Assembly: GCA_023137275.1 (NCBI GenBank)
Contig: JAGLPO010000034.1
Span: 1-41,123, forward strand
Source of the DNA: Candidatus Parcubacteria bacterium
Lineage (GTDB): Bacteria; Patescibacteriota; Patescibacteriia; Patescibacteriales; UBA12075
Length of the DNA: 41,123 nucleotides
Reading direction: 5' to 3'
Below are positions 35,194-41,123 of the stretch, piece by piece (position 1 is the first letter of the stretch; each line of letters begins with the position of its first letter). The notes beneath the pieces were generated by a model. That model saw nothing but the letters and a program-made list of their open reading frames with translations. It was not told the origin of the DNA and searched no databases. The position numbers and the translations under genes were made by a program.

Positions 35194-36516
35194 ATGCCTC
35201 AACCAATCGTAAAAATCAAGGATCTGGATATTACTTATAATCTGGGCAAAGAAAACGAGTTCAAAGCGACTCGGGGCGTTAGTATGGAAGTGTATCCGGG
35301 AGAATTTGTCGCCTTTTTCGGACCGTCAGGCTGCGGCAAATCAACTATTTTTTACAGCATTCTGGGGATACTGGAGCCATCGGCCGGACAGCTTTTAGTT
35401 AAGGGTGAAAATCCTTATTCTTTTTCGCCTGAGGAAATGGTAAGGTTCCAAACCAAGATCATCGGTATTGTTTACCAGGCTTTTTATTTGATTACCTCTT
35501 TATCGGTAATTGACAACGTTGTTTTGCCGCAAATTTTTCATGGCGTTAATCCTGGCAAACGGCGGCGCTGGGCCAAGCAGGTATTAAAGCGCTTTGGCAT
35601 GGAGGAGCATGGCGATAAATATCCGGATAATCTTTCCGGCGGACAGTCTCAGCGCGTTTCCGTGGCTCGGGCAATGGTCAATAACCCGAATATTCTTCTA
35701 GCTGATGAGCCGACCGGCAACCTGGATTCAACTTCAACCAAGCAGGTAATGGACTCAATGGCGGAAATAAATTCAGTTGACAAGAAAACAGTTATTATGA
35801 TCACCCATAACGCTGCCCAGCTGTCGTATTGCCACCGCGTATTTTATTTGCGCGACGGCAAATTGGAGCGCGTTGTGCCGAATCCGGAAAAAAAGCAGAT
35901 CGCGAAAATTGATAAGCATAAGATACTGATAACCGAGTTTGACCAGCTTTCCAAGCTCTTTCCCTATGAAGATCCGATCACTCTTAAAGTAAAGAGCCTG
36001 GTTAATTACCTGACCCAGGATCTTAATTATTACCAGTTGCAGCGTTTGGAAGATATAATCAAGCTGGTGGTGGAGAGAAAAATAAGCCAAAAAGAATTTA
36101 AAAGCCTGGTAATGAAAAATTATAACCAGGGCGGCATTGATCTGACGGAAAGCCTGGCCGCGCATATGTCTGAAAAAATTTATAAAATAATCAGGCAATC
36201 CGAAGATATCCGCCGTTTTCGCCGCCGTTTTCTTAATTCTAATTTCTTTTCCCGCGAAAACGTGCTAGTCAGAAATCTGGCTAAATTCGTAATGGATGAG
36301 TATAAAAAAGAGCTTAGCCTGGTGCAGCGCCGCCGGCTAAAGGATCTGGTTTATAAGCGGATTACCGGCCTTATTTCCCGGCGTGATTTTAAGGACGCGC
36401 TCAGGGTTGAACTCCCGGATGGGGGAGTGGGCCTGGGCAAGGTTTGGTCGCGCAAGCTAACCCGTTATTTTGAGAAATTATTAATGCAGGGAACAGATTC
36501 CAAAGGCCACCATTAG
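35194..36516 (+). CDS. ABC transporter ATP-binding protein (LolD/MacB-like) with ~200-aa C-terminal extension
   Basis: GPSGCGKS, LSGGQ, ILLADEPTGNLD, ITH. Confidence 0.95.
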   Translation: MPQPIVKIKDLDITYNLGKENEFKATRGVSMEVYPGEFVAFFGPSGCGKSTIFYSILGILEPSAGQLLVKGENPYSFSPEEMVRFQTKIIGIVYQAFYLITSLSVIDNVVLPQIFHGVNPGKRRRWAKQVLKRFGMEEHGDKYPDNLSGGQSQRVSVARAMVNNPNILLADEPTGNLDSTSTKQVMDSMAEINSVDKKTVIMITHNAAQLSYCHRVFYLRDGKLERVVPNPEKKQIAKIDKHKILITEFDQLSKLFPYEDPITLKVKSLVNYLTQDLNYYQLQRLEDIIKLVVERKISQKEFKSLVMKNYNQGGIDLTESLAAHMSEKIYKIIRQSEDIRRFRRRFLNSNFFSRENVLVRNLAKFVMDEYKKELSLVQRRRLKDLVYKRITGLISRRDFKDALRVELPDGGVGLGKVWSRKLTRYFEKLLMQGTDSKGHH

Positions 36517-36588
36517 TCCTCTCCCCCGCTCGCTATCGCTCGCCTCCCCCTCTCCTAATTAGGAGAGGGGGCTGGGGGGAGAGGGCTA
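36514..36588. repeat. REP-like nested palindrome
   Basis: Perfect CCCCCTCTCCTAA|TTAGGAGAGGGGG (36546-36571) inside outer stem TAGTCCTCTCCCCC/GGGGGAGAGGGCTA. Confidence 0.85.
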
Positions 36589-36642
36589 GGTCGGCTATTA
36601 AACTAATTAATTAATCACTAATTAAGCAATCAACTAACATTT

Positions 36643-37842
36643 ATGATGAGATTGGATGACATGTTAAAACTCGCTACCAGGATGTTCAGGACCCGGCCGG
36701 CCCGGACCTGGCTGACTATTCTTGGTATTGGAGTCGGTTTCGCGGCTGTCGTGATCCTTGTCGGCCTTGGCTTTGGCTTGCAAGGCGTATTGCTTGAAAA
36801 GATCGTGTTTGGCGAAGCAATGCTGTCTTTAAATGTTGTTACTCCTCCTTCCCGGGTAGTGGTAATAGAAAATGAACAGCTGGATCAGTTTAAACAGCTG
36901 CCAAATGTACAGGATGTAGCGTCTTTAGCCAGTTTTACCTCGCTTATTACTTTTGGCGATTTGACCGGCAGCATTATGCTAAATGGCGTAGAGCCCAAAT
37001 ATTTTCGCTATGCCGGCATAGTTGCCCAGCATGGAGAATTATTTGAGAACGGGCAGGCCGATTACGCGCTGTTATCATCCGCGGTTTTAAAGCTGTTTGA
37101 CATGGAGCCGGAAGATATTATCGGGCAAAAGGCAAGCTTTAAGGTTTTTCTTCCAATAGATGACGGAGAGGATGAGGTTAGGGAAATTCCTTTAAACAAG
37201 GAATACACTATTAAAGGAATTATTGAAGACGATGCTTCAATATTCGCCTATGTTGCCCAGCAAGAGCTTAGTTCCCAGTTTGTAATTCCTTATTATGAAA
37301 AGGCCAGAGTCAAGGTAACGGACCGGATTTATCTTGATTCCGCTGAGGCTCAAATTTTGGAACTGGGATTTATTGTAACCGCGCTTTCAAAAACCGTAGA
37401 GCAAGCAAATAAGATATTTGCCGGAGTACAGGTTGCTTTGGCCTTGTTTGGCGCGATCGCCCTGATCGTATCAGCCATCGGCATGTTTAACACCATGACC
37501 GTAACGCTCCTGGAGCGGACCAAGGAGATCGGGATCATGCGCACGATCGGCGGTTCGCCGTTAAATATTAAGGTAATGTTTTTAACTGAATCAGTATTAA
37601 TGGGATTTCTTGGAGGAGTGGTCGGGATCGGGATCGGCGTGGGCGGCGGGCTTACGATCAATTTTATGCTTAATACTTTGGCAACCCGCATGGGCGGCGC
37701 CCCAATGGCTCTTTTCCGCTTTCCAATGCCGTTTTTGATTTTTATCGCGGTTTTTTCCGGAGTAATGGGCTATGTTACCGGGCTTTTTCCGTCCAAACGA
37801 GCCGGCAAGCTGAACCCATTAGACGCAATTCGCTATTCGTAA
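36643..37842 (+). CDS. ABC transporter permease, MacB/FtsX family
   Basis: RTWLTILGIGVG, large extracytoplasmic loop, FNTMTVTLLERTKEIGIMRTIG, PSKRAGKLNPLDAIRY. Confidence 0.95.
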   Translation: MMRLDDMLKLATRMFRTRPARTWLTILGIGVGFAAVVILVGLGFGLQGVLLEKIVFGEAMLSLNVVTPPSRVVVIENEQLDQFKQLPNVQDVASLASFTSLITFGDLTGSIMLNGVEPKYFRYAGIVAQHGELFENGQADYALLSSAVLKLFDMEPEDIIGQKASFKVFLPIDDGEDEVREIPLNKEYTIKGIIEDDASIFAYVAQQELSSQFVIPYYEKARVKVTDRIYLDSAEAQILELGFIVTALSKTVEQANKIFAGVQVALALFGAIALIVSAIGMFNTMTVTLLERTKEIGIMRTIGGSPLNIKVMFLTESVLMGFLGGVVGIGIGVGGGLTINFMLNTLATRMGGAPMALFRFPMPFLIFIAVFSGVMGYVTGLFPSKRAGKLNPLDAIRYS

Positions 37843-37869
37843 GTTAATAAATTTTGTAACTATTTTACT

Positions 37870-38076
37870 ATGTCTTTAATGAAAAAAATTAATCCGAAAG
37901 TAAAGGATTTTTTTACTGAAAAGGAGAATATTACGATGATGGGGCTGATGTGGGCATTTTATTGGCGTTGGGCGCTGTTAATTATTGCGATTATGCTTTT
38001 AATAATGGTAGTGGCTTTTGGCTTTGGTTTTATTGCCATGATTGCCGGCTTAAGCGCGGGAGCTGCGGCGGTATAA
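37870..38076 (+). CDS. Small membrane protein
   Basis: Co-oriented, with short gaps to both neighbours; long hydrophobic segment after WAFYWRW. Confidence 0.65.
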   Translation: MSLMKKINPKVKDFFTEKENITMMGLMWAFYWRWALLIIAIMLLIMVVAFGFGFIAMIAGLSAGAAAV

Positions 38077-38082
38077 AAATGA

Positions 38083-38571
38083 ATGAATAAAAGAAAAGCA
38101 ATTATTTCAGTTGTTATTTTATTCAGCCTAATTATTGTTGGTTTGTTTTTTGGAGCTCAGTTTGATAAATACAGGAATAAAGAAACAATAAAAGGGCTGG
38201 CATTGAATAACGTTCCGGCTGATAGAAAATATGTTCGCTTAAGTTTATTTAATACTTTGCCTGACAAGATCAGCCTGCAAATTCCGGAAGATTGGGAGGG
38301 TTCGTATCGGGTAAAAGATAATGGAAATCTAGCTAACATATTTTTTATAGATGGTCCGGAAGAGTGGGAATTACTTTCATTCAAACAGTTTAGCCAATTT
38401 GAATGGGAAAATAATTTGGATAAAAATTGGCAGAAAATTATGGAAGATAACGGATTAATTATTGTTTATAAATTATCCACAGGTGAGGGAGTTAATTTAG
38501 AGCAGATGAATAAATTTAATCAAATGCGCCGCGATATTGAGTTGATGATTCAATCCATAAAAATCAGATAA
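38083..38571 (+). CDS. Membrane-anchored protein, possibly PsbP-like
   Basis: N-terminal TM; 'ISLQIPEDW' and C-terminal 'ELMIQSIKI'. Confidence 0.6.
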   Translation: MNKRKAIISVVILFSLIIVGLFFGAQFDKYRNKETIKGLALNNVPADRKYVRLSLFNTLPDKISLQIPEDWEGSYRVKDNGNLANIFFIDGPEEWELLSFKQFSQFEWENNLDKNWQKIMEDNGLIIVYKLSTGEGVNLEQMNKFNQMRRDIELMIQSIKIR

Positions 38572-38747
38572 GTTAGTTATTATTTAATATTAGTAGAAAA
38601 ATTAATTAAAAATTTTAATAAAAAGATAAACTTCAGTTTAAAATTAATTAAAATATAATTGTGTAATTTTGACAAATTGTGTTATAATAGTAATAGAGTT
38701 GTGGAAAGGTTCCGCATCTCTTAAAGTTTTTAAAAAACAAATTCCCC

Positions 38748-40520
38748 ATGGCTCAAAAAATTAAAAGACAGATCAAGAGGTCAATGCCTCTTTTTATCAT
38801 TTTTTGTTTGTTAACCAGCACGGCTTCTTTGGCGCTGGTTTTTAATTTTGATTTTTCTTTAAGTAATTTATTAGGCCAGCCAACCGCTTTGGCCCAGCCT
38901 TATGGCGACCAAGCCACGACCACGGTAACGGTTATGAACGCCGCTCCGCAGTGGGCCGTATATCCGGCAGAAGTTCCGATTTCCACTTCCACTTCGCCGA
39001 TCAATGTCGGCTATGATATATCATTTACCGGAACCGCCAATGATCTTGAGTCTGACAGCTATTATTTAGCGATTTGCAGTTCCAGCTCAATAATCGCCTC
39101 CACGACCGGCGGGATGCCAACTTGCGTGGGCAATACTTTTTGCATTTCTACTTTGACTGTTGCCGGCAGCCAGGCAACCTGTAAATACAATAATGTTACT
39201 GATCCAAGCGCGGAAATTCAAGATTGGTATGCTTTTGCCTGCGATAACCACTCTACTGAAGGAGATTGTTCAATTGTGAGCCAGGGAGCCAATCCCGGCG
39301 TATTAGCCTCGTCTTCACCGTTTTGGGTAAACCACGCGCCTGATTTTACCGCTGTTGCCGACGACGGCGGGCAGGATCCGGGCGACGATTACACGGTTAC
39401 CGCCACGGTAACGGATAGCGACAGCGTGTTAGCCGGTTTGGATGAGTTGACTCTTGATATCTGCAGCACTGATTCCTGGGCGACCTCAACCGGTTGCACC
39501 GCCACTACTTTTTGTACCGCCACTTCCACTTCAGATGATATAATTTGTGAGTGGGCAACGACTACGCCGGCCATAGATGGGAGTTGGGATTATTGGGCTT
39601 TTGTCAAAGATGAGCACGAAATGCCGGCAATCGGCAATTCGCAGACTGACATTTATGTGGTTAATAATGTCGCCCCCACGGTCAGCAGTGTTGAGCTTCA
39701 TGGCGGCATAGATATTACTCTTAATTTGAAAAACTCGGCAGAAGTGCTGGCTACCGCGACCGCTATTATTGCCGACAACAATACCTGCCATGATATAGAT
39801 GGCGCGACCAGTACGATCTATTGGTCCGGGGTTGCCGGCCTTCATAATTGTACGGCCGACGATGATCAATGCTATGACATTGCTCAGATTAACTGTGAGT
39901 ATCAGGCCGGCTCCTGCTCCGGCACTTCCACCACCGCCACTTATATTTGCTCCACTACTATTGCTTTTCACGCTATTCCGACCGATGGCGCCGGCGGTGA
40001 TTATCCTTATGGCAGCACGGATTGGCTGGCCGCTATTCAGGGCATAGATGATGATGGGGCCGTAGGAATCGCCACCACGGTTCCCGGATCAGCGGTTCAT
40101 GTGGAAACGCTCCTGGCTTTGGAAGTTCAGGAATTTGGCATAAATTTCGGCTCTATCCGCGGCGGTCAGGATTCCGGCACTGATAACGGCACCACGACGT
40201 TAGAAAATTACGGCAACGCGCCGATTAACAGCACTTTCCAGGGCGATGATTTATTTAAGGGTACCAGTACAAATTATATTGAGGCGTATAATCAGCGCTA
40301 CGGCACGACCACAGTCACTTACGCGTCATTAACTTATCAGCTTGCTTCAACCTCGCCTTCGGCGCCGCGCGATTTGGATATTGATAAGCCGACCACGGCC
40401 ATTCAGACAATTACTGACGAGGTTTATTGGGGGATAGATATCCCGGCCGGCAAGATATCCGGTGTTTATGACGGCACAAACTATATTGTATCAGCTTTGG
40501 ATAATTCCGGCTGGCAATAA
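38748..40520 (+). CDS. Secreted Cys/Thr-rich protein homologous to the C-terminal ~520 aa of the giant protein
   Basis: Signal peptide ending ALA|Q; shared colinear motifs SYYLAIC, FACD, VNNVAP, AIPT, SGTDN.TTT.EN.GN.PI, YWGI.IP. Confidence 0.88.
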   Translation: MAQKIKRQIKRSMPLFIIFCLLTSTASLALVFNFDFSLSNLLGQPTALAQPYGDQATTTVTVMNAAPQWAVYPAEVPISTSTSPINVGYDISFTGTANDLESDSYYLAICSSSSIIASTTGGMPTCVGNTFCISTLTVAGSQATCKYNNVTDPSAEIQDWYAFACDNHSTEGDCSIVSQGANPGVLASSSPFWVNHAPDFTAVADDGGQDPGDDYTVTATVTDSDSVLAGLDELTLDICSTDSWATSTGCTATTFCTATSTSDDIICEWATTTPAIDGSWDYWAFVKDEHEMPAIGNSQTDIYVVNNVAPTVSSVELHGGIDITLNLKNSAEVLATATAIIADNNTCHDIDGATSTIYWSGVAGLHNCTADDDQCYDIAQINCEYQAGSCSGTSTTATYICSTTIAFHAIPTDGAGGDYPYGSTDWLAAIQGIDDDGAVGIATTVPGSAVHVETLLALEVQEFGINFGSIRGGQDSGTDNGTTTLENYGNAPINSTFQGDDLFKGTSTNYIEAYNQRYGTTTVTYASLTYQLASTSPSAPRDLDIDKPTTAIQTITDEVYWGIDIPAGKISGVYDGTNYIVSALDNSGWQ

Positions 40521-40541
40521 AATTAACAAGTTTTTATACAT

Positions 40542-40572
40542 AAAAAACCGCCTTAAATCAGGGCGGTTTTTT
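40542..40572 (+). terminator. Intrinsic terminator closing the surface locus
   Basis: AAAAAACCGCC-loop-GGCGGTTTTTT. Confidence 0.85.
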
Positions 40573-40695
40573 GGTTTGAAAGATAGAATATTTTTTACGC
40601 TCCTTGACAGGTTAGTTGTTATGTGGTATATATTGAATTATTGAATAAAATATAAATTTTATCTTTAATCGCTCATTATAGGGAGGGAGTGAAAA

Positions 40696-40995
40696 ATGGA
40701 AGTAAAAAATAGTTATGTGCTTAAAAGCATCGGCTTGGTATTTAAAAATATCAAAGATATTTGTTTAATTATTGGTGGCGGTGGACTTGTTTTTTTAATT
40801 TATGCCATAGAATTCATTCTGGGCTTTTTGGTGGCAAAACGACCACGAATCTTCCGTTCTGATCCAGACCCTGGATACAGGGACCCTGACGCTCTTATTG
40901 AGTATCGGAAATGGCCTAAAATATTTGGGTATAGAGTTTACCCTGTTGTTCCAATCGGTATTATTGGAATTATTATATATTTTATATACCGATAA
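40696..40995 (+). CDS. Hypothetical small membrane protein
   Basis: Two hydrophobic segments, G-rich SD, TTGACA at 40604 upstream, hairpin downstream. Confidence 0.65.
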   Translation: MEVKNSYVLKSIGLVFKNIKDICLIIGGGGLVFLIYAIEFILGFLVAKRPRIFRSDPDPGYRDPDALIEYRKWPKIFGYRVYPVVPIGIIGIIIYFIYR

Positions 40996-41020
40996 TACCG
41001 ATTAATATATTTCGCAAGAA

Positions 41021-41058
41021 AGGCCGCAACATAATAATAGTTGCGGTCTAATTTTTTT
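41021..41058 (+). terminator. Intrinsic terminator
   Basis: AGGCCGCAAC/GTTGCGGTCT stem followed by a T-run. Confidence 0.65.
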
Positions 41059-41100
41059 CCTTAAAATAATGGGATAAATAATCTGTTTTTAATATCATAT

Positions 41101-41123
41101 TTTATAGTCAAGGAATTTGAATA
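41101..41123 (+). repeat. 5' end of the dispersed ~100-bp element, truncated by the window end
   Basis: TTTATAGTCAAGGAATTTGA is identical to 4815-4834 (20/20). Confidence 0.8.

Overview
AT-rich bacterial window in standard code 11. Gene content points to a Patescibacteria/CPR (Parcubacteria-like) genome, which is an inference from the cohesin, PsbP-like, TSP3 and giant ATST-rich surface proteins. (1) 61-7033 is a signalling cluster: two histidine kinases, an OmpR-type regulator, an unannotated 54-aa Mu Com-family zinc finger followed by a tandem repeat overlapping an intrinsic terminator, a stand-alone receiver and a Cache-cohesin fusion. (2) 7335-13976 holds minus-strand accessory genes: an AbiE type IV toxin-antitoxin pair, a CAP protein, a cupin, an asparaginase domain, a thermonuclease and small Cys proteins. 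(3) 14247-40520 is a ~26 kb surface-structure locus: a 5462-aa modular adhesin-like protein, duplicated PsbP-like genes flanking an AAA/DUF4143 ATPase, an FN3-like protein, a MacB-type ABC transporter, and a 590-aa secreted protein homologous to the last ~520 aa of the giant. The best candidates for new biology are a possible donor-strand filament (590-aa shaft plus giant terminal subunit) with an ABC transporter, and a two-component to Com antitermination cascade. Both window ends fall inside the same dispersed ~100-bp repeat. No rRNA, tRNA, CRISPR array, integrase or transposase was seen. Domain calls come from motif reading, not database searches.
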